Shown here piece after piece: positions 1 through 9,042 of a stretch of 29,249 nucleotides of DNA; position 1 is the stretch's first letter; the number at the start of each line of letters is the position of its first letter. The stretch comes from a virus (Duplodnaviria > Caudoviricetes), in the IMG/VR virus record IMGVR_UViG_3300049924_000419, positions 1 to 29,249 of that record; one strand, written 5' to 3'. The position numbers and the translations under genes were made by a program. Under the pieces are notes generated by a model. It worked only from the letters and a program-made list of their open reading frames with translations, was not told where the DNA came from and ran no database searches.

Positions 1-42
1 AGACAGCAGTTCGAGACGCCATAGCCGCCTGGGAGGCCCACA

Positions 43-390
43 TTGCTAACCCCCTCCATGATAGAACGCCGCCTCCGCGACATGTCGAAGATGGTCAAGC
101 TCCGCCGCCAGAAGCTGAAGACCTCCTACGCCCTAGTCACCTATGAAAACGGCATCTCCACCATCACCCTCCCGCCCGACAACGACGACGACTACGACCT
201 CCGGACCTTCCTGCACGAACTCTGCCACCTCTCCCTCTCCGCAGAACTCAACATCTGGAACGAAACCCTCCAGGAAATCTTCCTAGAGCGCGTCCTGGAG
301 CCCCAGCTCATGAAATTCATCTACGACTACCCTTCCAAACACCGCTGGTGGCTCTCCCGCCTGAAGGACCTCTCCAATGCCGCGCAATAA
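43..390 (+). CDS. Small protein with zincin-type HExxH motif (putative metallopeptidase)
   Basis: GGAGG at 32-36 before TTG; 'DLRTFLHELCHL' followed by a downstream Glu-rich helix (QEIFLE). Confidence 0.6.
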   Translation: MLTPSMIERRLRDMSKMVKLRRQKLKTSYALVTYENGISTITLPPDNDDDYDLRTFLHELCHLSLSAELNIWNETLQEIFLERVLEPQLMKFIYDYPSKHRWWLSRLKDLSNAAQ

Positions 391-2635
391 CCTCTGGCTT
401 TCCCTGGCCCTCGGCCCCCAGCGTGCCCAGCAAGGCCCACCACAGCCCCGCCTAGCCCCTGAACTGGGCGCCTTGGACTCCAACAGCCCCCGCGCGCGCA
501 CCATAGCCGCCCTCCAGGCCCGCCTGGAAGCAAATCAGGCCAATTCCGGCCACTGGATTGACAACAGCCCCGGCGGCCGCCAACAAACCGCCCTCCGCAA
601 CATGCCCGCCGCCGAGAAAGCAGCCCACTGGGGCAACATCGGCCTCGGAATCGCCTCCATGGGCCTCGCCGCAGCCGCCTCGCCCAACATCGCCCAGGCC
701 CACGAGCAAATCCTCGCCCGCAACAGCCCGGCCTTCGAGCAATACCTCTCAGAAAGTCCCGGCAATCCCCACATCGGCGGCGTCACCAGCAACCACGCCC
801 TCTCTGCCCAGCAGCAGTGGCTCCGCCAACAGGCCGAACAAGCCGGCCTCAGCTTCCGCACCCAATCCCTCTCCCAGATGGCCGCCAACCGGCCCCTGCC
901 CACGCCCGACCCAGCGCCCTACTCCGACTTCTCCACCAACCACCTCGACATCTCCCAGAACCCACAGGCCCAACTCTTCGCCCAGAAGCTCTCCTCCGGC
1001 ACCCTAGACCCACAGCTGGGCTTCGAGAACCGCATGTCGGTCGCGCGCACCCTCGACCCAGCCATGGCACCACCCGACCCCACAGACGAATTCTCCCCGC
1101 CCATCTCCAGCGGCCACGACCCACGCACGCCCTTCACGCGCGTCCGTGACTCCTGGGCACCCGGCACCCTGGAATTCGGCGACGCCTTCGACTCCTGGCG
1201 CACCGACACCGGAGAACTGGCCCCCACCACCGACTTCTTCCCCCTCTACAGCCAGTCCCACGACATCAAGAAGGGCGGCTGGCAGGGAGAAGCACTCACC
1301 GCCCGCGGAACCCGCCCCAAACTGGCCTTCACACCGAAGCCCGCCAATACCGGCGGTAGCCGCTACATCGACGCAGCCTTCGCAGACGCCGACGCCCTCA
1401 CCGCCGGCAAGAAGCTCCTCTACCTCGACGAGCCCCTCCGCCCAGAAGTCGAAGCCGACCTACTCTCCCGCCTCCAGAAATCCTCCACCTCCCTCACCCG
1501 CGCCGGCAACAGCCGCCCCATCTTCGACATCCTCACCCGCAACGGCATCCGCGACAAAGACCGCGACGCAGCCATCGGCGCCCTCCGCTCCGGAACCTTC
1601 CCCAGCGGTCTGCCCTCCCGAGCCAGCATTGACCTCCTTGACGCCATCTGGCCCAACAAACAGGTCGGCACCCGCTTCGTCCGCGACGTGCACGGCTACC
1701 ACGGCGGCTCTGGCAACGCCCGCGGCTACCTCCTTCCCCAAGTCCCCGGCGCCCCAAAAACCCAGGGCCTCTCCAACCGCAAATACCACCGCCTCTTCGA
1801 CCCGCCCATCCCCCAGCCCGCCGAGGTCTCGGGACAGCCGAAGCGCCCCTTTGACATGACCGGCCAGCCTAACGCCGGCGGCGCGGTCTTCCGCGCCCCT
1901 AAGACTGGCATCAAACTCGACCTCTCCACATGGGACCAGCGCGGCATAGACCCTGAGCGGACAGGCAATTTTATCGACAGCCACCCAGACTACTTTGACG
2001 ACATCTACCGCTCATTCGACCGCCCAGTCAACGAGGACGCCCTACACCAGCACCTTACATCTGGCGGCGCACTCGCCGACAACCTAGACAAGCATATGAT
2101 AGAGCGGACCAACAACACCACCGCTGCACATGTGCGTAGACTAGACCTTGCATCCTCCCTAGTCAGCGGAGCAGCTGCTGCCCGTGGAGTACAGCGCACA
2201 ATCAAGCCAGACATCAAGTCATATAACAGCTATCATGGCATGGGTGGCGATGGGGGCTTCTTCAACTTCCCAACGCCACTAGCTCCAGCAGGGCGCATCG
2301 GCATTGGCTCTGGTGCCGGCCTTTCACAAGGCTTAGTAGTCGCCGGACATGAGCTGCAGCATGCCATAGACTGGCATACCAAGCACCCTGCGGCTAAGGT
2401 CGCCTCTACGGAACGGTGGATTGGCCCAATTGAGGCGCGGGCAGAAGTGGCGGCGTCGCTTACCCGCACCAAGTTGGGGCTAGGACCAGACGCAGCCAAT
2501 ACTACGCAACGTATACCACTACGCCTAAAGGCCATGGGAAGTTTGGAGGCCCCTGAGCTCTGGGACCTGAGCCCAATAGAGCGTGCCAAGCTAGAGGACC
2601 TGATTGCCAGATATAGGAAGCACTACGCATGGTGA
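377..2635 (+). CDS. Large 752-aa protein with C-terminal HExxH metallopeptidase-like domain; possible polyvalent/injected effector
   Basis: Long ORF with phage-like codon bias; Q/A/P-rich N-terminus with hydrophobic 'GNIGLGIASMGLAAAA'; 'VVAGHELQHAID...IEARAE' (HELQH at 2348-2362); stop overlaps terL start. Confidence 0.6.
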   Translation: MPRNNLWLSLALGPQRAQQGPPQPRLAPELGALDSNSPRARTIAALQARLEANQANSGHWIDNSPGGRQQTALRNMPAAEKAAHWGNIGLGIASMGLAAAASPNIAQAHEQILARNSPAFEQYLSESPGNPHIGGVTSNHALSAQQQWLRQQAEQAGLSFRTQSLSQMAANRPLPTPDPAPYSDFSTNHLDISQNPQAQLFAQKLSSGTLDPQLGFENRMSVARTLDPAMAPPDPTDEFSPPISSGHDPRTPFTRVRDSWAPGTLEFGDAFDSWRTDTGELAPTTDFFPLYSQSHDIKKGGWQGEALTARGTRPKLAFTPKPANTGGSRYIDAAFADADALTAGKKLLYLDEPLRPEVEADLLSRLQKSSTSLTRAGNSRPIFDILTRNGIRDKDRDAAIGALRSGTFPSGLPSRASIDLLDAIWPNKQVGTRFVRDVHGYHGGSGNARGYLLPQVPGAPKTQGLSNRKYHRLFDPPIPQPAEVSGQPKRPFDMTGQPNAGGAVFRAPKTGIKLDLSTWDQRGIDPERTGNFIDSHPDYFDDIYRSFDRPVNEDALHQHLTSGGALADNLDKHMIERTNNTTAAHVRRLDLASSLVSGAAAARGVQRTIKPDIKSYNSYHGMGGDGGFFNFPTPLAPAGRIGIGSGAGLSQGLVVAGHELQHAIDWHTKHPAAKVASTERWIGPIEARAEVAASLTRTKLGLGPDAANTTQRIPLRLKAMGSLEAPELWDLSPIERAKLEDLIARYRKHYAW

Positions 2636-4413
2636 ACTGGCCCCTAGAGGACGAGCGCCAGCTCCTAGCCTGGGCCTGTCAGGAGAACTTCGAAACCTTC
2701 TGCCGTGTCGGCCTGGGCTTCACCCACCCAAAGAACAAGAAGGGCCGCTGGTGGAGCGATGAGGTCCACCAGCCCCTCTGCGCTTGGTTCCAGGAACAGG
2801 TCCTCGACTGGCTCGAACATCGCCACGAGCGCCACAGCCGCAAGTTCATCGGCATCCTGGTCCCGCGCGCCTGCGCCAAGTCCCTCCTCATCACCCAGGC
2901 CGGCATGCTTTGGGCACACCTGCGCGACCCAAACCTCTCCACCTACCTCGGCAACGAAAAACTAGAGCTGGCCGAAGCCTTTCTCGGCACAGTGAAGAAG
3001 TGGCTGGAGGGCACAGAAGACGAATACTGCTTGTTCAACTGGCTCTATGGCGTGTGGCGCGGCGACACTGGCAAGTGGCGCTCCGACAGCATCGTGCACG
3101 GCGCCCGCCGGCACGAGCGCTCGGAGCCCAGCTTCGGCGTCTGGTCCCCCAACAGCGCCCTTACCGGCCGCCATCCAGACATCGTCTGCATGGACGACTT
3201 GGTCAGCTACGACGCCCTCAAGAAAGACATCAACTGGTTCGAGTACGCCTACAGCCACATGACCGACCTCATCCCCGTAGTCGAATCCAACGGCCTAGTC
3301 ATCCTAGTAGGCACCCGCTACTCCGACGCAGACCCCTTCGGCCGCAGCTTCAAGTCAGACGGCATCCGCACCCTGGCCGGCCACACTGACTTCGACGAAT
3401 ACAAGGCCATCCCGGCCGGCCGCTGGCACGTCTACTTCCTCTCTGGCCGCAAACAGCCCACACCAGACTACCCCACGGGCGAGCCAGCAATTCCCACAGT
3501 CTGGCCAGAAAACGAAATCCTCTTCTACGAGTCCCGAGACCCCATCAAAGCGGCCTCCCAAATCCTCAACCGCCCCCGCGCGCACAAGCTCCGCGCCATG
3601 ACAGAAGAGCAATTCGACAGCCTGCGCATCGACAAGCTGCCCGACCCAAAGACCTGCACAGTAGTCTTCCACCTGGACACCGCCTTCAAGTCCAACAAGA
3701 AGCTGGCCGGAGGCTCCGAAACCGCCCTAGCTGTCTGTGCGCATCATGACCTGGAGCCCGGCCGCCTGACCGTCATCGACGCCCACTGCAGCATCGCCCA
3801 TCGGGCCGAGACATTCGCCGACCTCATCATTGACCGTTACCGGACCTGGACTGCCCGCGGCTACACAGTGGCCGGCATCACCGACGAGGCCGAAATGGCC
3901 GGCAAGGCCGGCCTCTGGTTCCAATACCTGTCCGACCGCTTCATCGACGCCAACCTAGAGATGCCCACGCCCTACACCTTCCAGCGCCAAACGGGCGAAA
4001 AGAAGGAAGTGCGCATCGCCGCAGCCATCCACTTCGTCGTCGCCGGCCAGGTCAAGTTCTACAACGGTTGCGAGGCCATCCTCAACCTCCGAGACCAGCT
4101 GGCCAACCACCCGAACGCCTTCCCCAACGACTTGGCCGACTGCTTCGCCGACACATTCAGCCCGGAATTCTTCACTGGCTTCCTGCCGCGCCTCAAGGCC
4201 GTCAAGGAACCCTACCAGTGGGGCGCGCACGAACAGCGCCTCAAGAAGGGCTGGAATCCCGACTATGATACAATAGACCGAGACGAAGCCTCAATCCGTC
4301 CACCCATTCGACGGGGGTCGCCTGGCACCGATGCCTCCTCGGTGCAGGTGCCGTTCTCGGAGCGCGGCGTGGCGCCCCCGTCTTTCTTCCCCGGAGAATC
4401 ATGGCAAAGATAA
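2629..4413 (+). CDS. terL: Terminase large subunit
   Basis: Walker A-like 'VPRACAKS', Walker B 'TGRHPDIVCMDDLV', motif III-like 'VGTRY', RNase H-fold nuclease acidic residues 'FHLDTAF' and 'NDLADCFA'; upstream of portal. Confidence 0.93.
   Translation: MVNWPLEDERQLLAWACQENFETFCRVGLGFTHPKNKKGRWWSDEVHQPLCAWFQEQVLDWLEHRHERHSRKFIGILVPRACAKSLLITQAGMLWAHLRDPNLSTYLGNEKLELAEAFLGTVKKWLEGTEDEYCLFNWLYGVWRGDTGKWRSDSIVHGARRHERSEPSFGVWSPNSALTGRHPDIVCMDDLVSYDALKKDINWFEYAYSHMTDLIPVVESNGLVILVGTRYSDADPFGRSFKSDGIRTLAGHTDFDEYKAIPAGRWHVYFLSGRKQPTPDYPTGEPAIPTVWPENEILFYESRDPIKAASQILNRPRAHKLRAMTEEQFDSLRIDKLPDPKTCTVVFHLDTAFKSNKKLAGGSETALAVCAHHDLEPGRLTVIDAHCSIAHRAETFADLIIDRYRTWTARGYTVAGITDEAEMAGKAGLWFQYLSDRFIDANLEMPTPYTFQRQTGEKKEVRIAAAIHFVVAGQVKFYNGCEAILNLRDQLANHPNAFPNDLADCFADTFSPEFFTGFLPRLKAVKEPYQWGAHEQRLKKGWNPDYDTIDRDEASIRPPIRRGSPGTDASSVQVPFSERGVAPPSFFPGESWQR
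4310..4398 (+). promoter_or_regulatory. Predicted three-way-junction RNA/DNA structure with pyrimidine-rich tail and anti-SD loop (candidate cis-regulatory element)
   Basis: P1 4310-4322/4371-4382 (12 bp, one bulge), P2 GCACCGA 4325-4331/TCGGTGC 4339-4345, P3 4349-4353/4365-4369; TTTCTTC follows; loop TTCTC (4354-4358) is complementary to GAGAA (4394-4398) overlapping the SD GGAG of the 4401 gene. Confidence 0.5.
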
Positions 4414-4958
4414 TCAGCTGGGACCTAGAAATCCGTGACCCAGTCTCCGGAACCGAAGGGGGCTGGGACGCCGCGCGCAACGGCGACTGCGGCATCTCCG
4501 CCCTGGGGGTCTTCGACTCCGAAACCGACCGCTACCATCTCTACGGCTCCGACACTCTAGACGCCGCGGTCGACCACCTGAATAGCGCCGACCTCCTGGT
4601 CGGCTACAACACCCTCAACTTCGACTGCAACGTCCTCTTCGGCGTCACCGGCCGCTACATCACAGTCCCCCAGTATGACATCCTCGCGGAAATCTGGAAC
4701 GAGCTCGGCACCCGCAAGAAGGGCTACAAACTCGACCAGGTCGGCCTGGCCACCATCGGCATCGGCAAGTGCGGCACTGGCGAATTCGCCACCGCCCTGG
4801 TCGCAGAAGGCCGCTGGGCAGAACTCTTCGACTACTGCTTGGGCGACGTACACCTTGTACGCAAGCTCTACGACCACATCGTCGACTGCGGCTTCATCAA
4901 GGGTGCTGATGGTGTCGAGCTCCCCCTGAACAAGCCCGTCTATCCGGACTACGCCTAA
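4401..4958 (+). CDS. DEDD/DnaQ-like (RNase H-fold, YprB-like) 3'-5' exonuclease
   Basis: ExoI 'SWDLEI', ExoII 'LVGYNTLNFD', 'QYDIL', 'YKLDQV', ExoIII 'YCLGDV' (YxxxD); SD GGAG at 4393-4396. Confidence 0.85.
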   Translation: MAKIISWDLEIRDPVSGTEGGWDAARNGDCGISALGVFDSETDRYHLYGSDTLDAAVDHLNSADLLVGYNTLNFDCNVLFGVTGRYITVPQYDILAEIWNELGTRKKGYKLDQVGLATIGIGKCGTGEFATALVAEGRWAELFDYCLGDVHLVRKLYDHIVDCGFIKGADGVELPLNKPVYPDYA

Positions 4959-6847
4959 TGGGCAACTATGTGCAGGCCCCAGGGGCCAACCCTGACCTCG
5001 ACCTCATCAAGCTCTTCGACAGCTTCAACCAGGACTCCGTGGACTATGTCCGCGATAAGTACAACGCCTGCAAGACCTGGACAGACGCCTTCAACGGCTA
5101 CTACACCGGAAAAATCGCCCTTCACCTGAACGACATCACGCTGCCCTTGGTCTTCTCGACCATCGAAGCAGACGTGGCCCGTAAGGTGAACACGCTCTTC
5201 GGCGCCTGGCCCATCGTCTCCTTCCACGGCTTCCCCGCGGGCGCAGAGTCCATCGCCAAGAAGAACGAACTCCTCGTCAACCTCCAGCTCAAGGAGTGTG
5301 ACAGCCTCCGTAAGGCCGTCCGCTTCTTTACGCTCGCCGACATCTGCGGCACCGCCGTAGCCCAAGTCGGCTGGTCGCACATCCAGCACCTGCGCCAGTT
5401 CCGCACCTATGTCCCGGGCACCACAGAAATGATTGAAGTCCGGGACATGGTCACCGAGTTCGACGGCCCCAACTGGGACATCGTCGACCTGCCCGACTTC
5501 CGCCCAGAAGCTGGCAAGCTGCACATCAAGGACATGTCCCGCTACGGCATCCGCTACTACATGGACTTTGATGACATCCTGGAAATGAACTCCGCAGACG
5601 GCTTCCAATCCTTCCGCCCAGAAGCCATCAAGCTCCTGTCCGAGACAGGCATGCCCTCCATGCGCGGCCGGGATGAGTTCCTCTCCTTCAATCGCAGCGG
5701 CTCCTTCCAGGAATACCTGCAGCGCCAGACCAGCTCCACCTTCGCCAAGCCAGTCGAAATCTTCGAGTGGCGCGGCCTGGTCCCCATCGAGTTCGCCCCT
5801 GACGGCGTGCGCAACCGTGTCGTCACCATTGCCAACGGCCGCGTCGTCTTGCGCAACGACCCAGACAAGCTCCTCCTCAACCGCCATCGCATCGTCCACT
5901 ACAGCCCCACACCCGACCCCAGCCACTTCGTCGGCATCGGCAAGGCACAAATCGCGGAGCCCCTCCAGGCCGCGGCAAGCCGCTTGGTCAGCCAGAAGCT
6001 CGACACCCTGGACTTTGCCAACAAGCCCGCCTTCGTCGGCCAGCAGGGCCTCATCGGCACCCAGAACATGGTGGTCAAGCCCGGAAAGCTCTTCCAGCTC
6101 AACACGCGTGGCAAGAGCATCCAGGAGGCCATCATGCCCCTGCCAGTCAACTTCCAGGGCTTCGACCGGGCCATGGAGGAAATCGGCTTCCTGGACCGCA
6201 TGATACAGAAGGGCACCGGCATCGACGAGGCCGGCATCATGGGCATGGGCGGCCCCGACCGCCAGACCGCCACCCAGTTCCAGGGCCAACAAGAAGCGGC
6301 CACCACCCGCCTGGCCCTCGAAGCCTTGCTGGCCTCTGTGGATGTGGTCGAGCCGCTAGCCGAACTGTTCCGCGACATGAACAAGACCATGCTCCCACTG
6401 CCGAAGCAGTTCAGCCTCATCGGCACCAAGAGCATCCTGAATCCCATCACTGGCATGCCGATGCCCCCTGAAGAGGGCATCATCACCATGCCGATGGAAC
6501 TGAACCACAGCTGGTCAGCCAAGGCCTTCGGCCCCATGTTCATGCTGACCAAATCCGCGCAGCGCGCAGATGCCCTACAGCTCTCGCAAATCATGATGGC
6601 CAACCCAGTCTGGATTCAGTCCGTGAACTGGATTGCCATGGCCCGCAAACTCTTCGCCCTCTACGACTGGGACGCGGACGAGATGCTGGTCCAGATGCCT
6701 CAGATGCAGCAGCTGGCCTCCATGATGGGCATGAACCCCCAGCAGGCCCTTGGCCAGACCAACGCAGACCCCGGAGCAGCGATGGGCGCAGCTGGCCCCG
6801 GCGGTGAACCCGACAGCGCCCCCACCAAGGGAGGTCCCAATGGCTGA
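4958..6847 (+). CDS. Portal protein
   Basis: 629 aa after terL; features typical of podovirus portals (FVGIGKAQ, 'VVKPGKLF', 'TATQF', M/Q/G-rich C-terminal tail); TAATG coupling. Confidence 0.85.
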   Translation: MGNYVQAPGANPDLDLIKLFDSFNQDSVDYVRDKYNACKTWTDAFNGYYTGKIALHLNDITLPLVFSTIEADVARKVNTLFGAWPIVSFHGFPAGAESIAKKNELLVNLQLKECDSLRKAVRFFTLADICGTAVAQVGWSHIQHLRQFRTYVPGTTEMIEVRDMVTEFDGPNWDIVDLPDFRPEAGKLHIKDMSRYGIRYYMDFDDILEMNSADGFQSFRPEAIKLLSETGMPSMRGRDEFLSFNRSGSFQEYLQRQTSSTFAKPVEIFEWRGLVPIEFAPDGVRNRVVTIANGRVVLRNDPDKLLLNRHRIVHYSPTPDPSHFVGIGKAQIAEPLQAAASRLVSQKLDTLDFANKPAFVGQQGLIGTQNMVVKPGKLFQLNTRGKSIQEAIMPLPVNFQGFDRAMEEIGFLDRMIQKGTGIDEAGIMGMGGPDRQTATQFQGQQEAATTRLALEALLASVDVVEPLAELFRDMNKTMLPLPKQFSLIGTKSILNPITGMPMPPEEGIITMPMELNHSWSAKAFGPMFMLTKSAQRADALQLSQIMMANPVWIQSVNWIAMARKLFALYDWDADEMLVQMPQMQQLASMMGMNPQQALGQTNADPGAAMGAAGPGGEPDSAPTKGGPNG

Positions 6848-7160
6848 GTTTAGCTCCAAGCAGGCATTCGTACAGGACATGCAGGCCATGTTTCGCACCG
6901 AGGGCTGGCGGAAGTACTTCGCCCCAGAGCTGGCTCGGCTGCGGGCACAGAAGATTGACGAAATGGTGTACGCGGCTGCTGACCCGCTTGGTATGGTCGG
7001 GCTGCGAGAAGCCATCAAGGTGCTCGATGAGCTGCTGAACCTTGAGGCTTCTGTGCGCGTTGATGCGGCTGCTGTCCGCAACGACCCAGAGGAAGCAGCA
7101 AATGTGGTACACTCCACCCCAGATGCAGACGCAGACCTGTTTTCCGCTGTACAGAAGTAA
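6840..7160 (+). CDS. Small head-module protein following portal
   Basis: GGAGG SD before ATG 6840 (MAEFSSKQAFVQDMQAMFRTEGW...); helical, conserved position between portal and scaffold. Confidence 0.7.
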   Translation: MAEFSSKQAFVQDMQAMFRTEGWRKYFAPELARLRAQKIDEMVYAAADPLGMVGLREAIKVLDELLNLEASVRVDAAAVRNDPEEAANVVHSTPDADADLFSAVQK

Positions 7161-7196
7161 CCCCAAACCGCTGGGTCTACCCCAGCTGGAGCCACA

Positions 7197-7952
7197 ATGC
7201 CTCTTGACGGGCCTACCCCGGAATCTCAGAACCCGCCGCTGCAGGCCAACCCTGCCGCCGACGCCGACACCATCCGTGCAGAAGTGCTCAACAATGTCTT
7301 CGGCGGGAAGTACAAGTCCGAAGAGGATGCCAAGGCCGGTTTCTGGAACCTGAACAACTACGCCTCACAGGCTTATCAGGCCCTCTCGGAGCGGGTCAAC
7401 CCCGCTGCCCTGGCCGATGCGCGTGCCATGGACCCCTTCGCTCAGTTGGAGCAGGACTCCCTAGTTAAGGGCGATGTACTTCGGAGCGCCATCCGCGCCG
7501 AGGCACAGAAGCTCGTCCGCGAGGAGCTGCTCCCCATGCAGCAGGCCATGCAGGCGCGACAGACCCTAGCCCTTGAGGCGCCGGACTACCTCGCCAATGA
7601 GCCCGCCATCTTGACGTGGCTCCAGAAAAATCCCCAGGTCGCAGCTAAGGTGACGCGGCAAGCCAATGCCGGCCTCCACGACCTGGCCGCCGAGACAGCA
7701 TTGACCTATTGGCGCGCGGCCAACCCGCCCGCACATCAGGGCAATGCTGAACAGAAGGCACAGGCGGCCATCATGGGTGCCAACATGCAGCCGGGTCGGC
7801 AGCTCGACCAGGCCCAGAATCGACAGGAAGTGCTGGCGCAGGCCATTCAGTATGGCCACCAGAGTGGTGACCGCCGGGCAGCGTATAGCCAGGTGTTCCC
7901 CGGCTTCCAGGTCGAGCTTCCGCCCCACCTCGCAGACCAATTCCAGAGGTAA
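7197..7952 (+). CDS. Capsid scaffolding protein (putative)
   Basis: GGAG SD; P/A/Q-rich N-terminus, 'GGKYKSEEDAKAGFWNL' motif common in phage scaffolds, helical body; immediately before the capsid gene. Confidence 0.75.
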   Translation: MPLDGPTPESQNPPLQANPAADADTIRAEVLNNVFGGKYKSEEDAKAGFWNLNNYASQAYQALSERVNPAALADARAMDPFAQLEQDSLVKGDVLRSAIRAEAQKLVREELLPMQQAMQARQTLALEAPDYLANEPAILTWLQKNPQVAAKVTRQANAGLHDLAAETALTYWRAANPPAHQGNAEQKAQAAIMGANMQPGRQLDQAQNRQEVLAQAIQYGHQSGDRRAAYSQVFPGFQVELPPHLADQFQR

Positions 7953-7959
7953 CTAGGCA

Positions 7960-9036
7960 ATGGCTATTCCTACCAATGCCTTTTCACAGTACGGTGTAGG
8001 GTATCCCTACTCTGCCAGCGGCGTCAACGTCTCTGTCATCGGTACTCGTGAAGACGCAAGCAACACCCTGACCATGATTGACCCAGACGAGGCCATGTCT
8101 CTTGCTGTGCTCAGCAAGACCACGACCAACGGGCTGCGTCATGAGTGGTTCACGGACACCATGCAGGCCACGTCCCTCCAGGCTGCACTGCCCGGTGAGG
8201 ACTGGGGACAGGGCACCAACAAGGTGCTGAAGGCGCGTACCCGCTTGACGAACTTCGTTGAGTGGAAGCGCCAGGACTGGTCCATCACGATGGATGAGCT
8301 CCTGCTCAGCCAGCGTGGCCAGCTCTTCGGGGTGCCGGACGAACTCCGCTACCAGATGGGCAAGGGCGGCCAGGAAGTCAACCGCAACATGGACGCTCGT
8401 CTCTGGGCGCCGTCGAGCGGTACTGGTGCCACTGCCACCACGTATGGGTCGGCGTCTGGCGCAGACACGGTGCTTAGCCAGTTCGCTACGTTCCGTGCGT
8501 GGGCGTCCGCTAGCGGTATCAGCTATGCGCTGAGTACTGCGAACGGCGCGTTCATCACGGCTGCGTTCTACGACCTGCAGGAGCGCATGTGGACGGCTGG
8601 TGCTAAGCCGGACACCATCTTCTGCTCGCCGGGTGTCAAGTCCGACATCAGCCGCACGCTGCTTGGTGACACCAGCTCACCCGCTACGCAGACTGGTGCT
8701 CAGGGTATTCCTGGGCTCGCTGCTGCGAATGTGTTCACGGGCGGGGAGTATGGTCCGGTTGTTGACTTCATCCGCACTGACTTCGGTCGTGTCGCGATGG
8801 TGGTCGACCGCTGGATTAACCAGGCCAGCGCCATTGTGAATACGACCGCGACGGACCAGAACGCCGCACTCTTCTTGGTCGAGAAGGCCAAGCTGCGTGT
8901 TGCGTGGTGGCGCCCCATCCGGCCGTATCAGGTTGCTTCTACTGGCGACAACGTCAAGGTTTATATCCTTGGCGCGGCCACCACGGAAGTCCTGCATCCG
9001 ACCGCCATTGGTCAGATGTACAACATCACCACCTAA
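7960..9036 (+). CDS. Major capsid protein (DUF5309/SU10-MCP-like)
   Basis: 358 aa; 'REDASN...IDPDE', 'HEWFTD', 'RLTNFVE', 'VDFIRTDFG' match the DUF5309-type pattern as recalled; T-ending codons suggest high expression; hairpin follows. Confidence 0.85.
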   Translation: MAIPTNAFSQYGVGYPYSASGVNVSVIGTREDASNTLTMIDPDEAMSLAVLSKTTTNGLRHEWFTDTMQATSLQAALPGEDWGQGTNKVLKARTRLTNFVEWKRQDWSITMDELLLSQRGQLFGVPDELRYQMGKGGQEVNRNMDARLWAPSSGTGATATTYGSASGADTVLSQFATFRAWASASGISYALSTANGAFITAAFYDLQERMWTAGAKPDTIFCSPGVKSDISRTLLGDTSSPATQTGAQGIPGLAAANVFTGGEYGPVVDFIRTDFGRVAMVVDRWINQASAIVNTTATDQNAALFLVEKAKLRVAWWRPIRPYQVASTGDNVKVYILGAATTEVLHPTAIGQMYNITT

Positions 9037-9042
9037 TCCTGC

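Noticed and set aside
1-24. Possible 3' end of an upstream gene (RQQFETP*), perhaps small terminase
   Set aside because: Only seven codons visible; no identity can be assigned.
1690-1710. 'HGYHGG' resembling the YHG start of ADP-ribosyltransferase domains
   Set aside because: No supporting downstream ART motifs recognised; too short to call.
4323-4360. CCTCCTCG resembles the L3 loop of HDV-like ribozymes, with GGCACC/GGTGCC as possible P1
   Set aside because: No room for P2, no GG for P1.1 after P1 and no catalytic C segment; topology does not fit.
4313-4380. GGGGG...CCCCC ends suggest a tRNA acceptor stem
   Set aside because: No T-loop GTTCRA, D-loop or anticodon arm geometry.
4955-6292. 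445-aa antisense ORF opposite the portal gene (and similar ones at 21472-22647, 14479-15489, 10113-10940)
   Set aside because: Shadow ORFs expected from strong GC codon bias; fully overlap well-supported genes; no motifs or SD.
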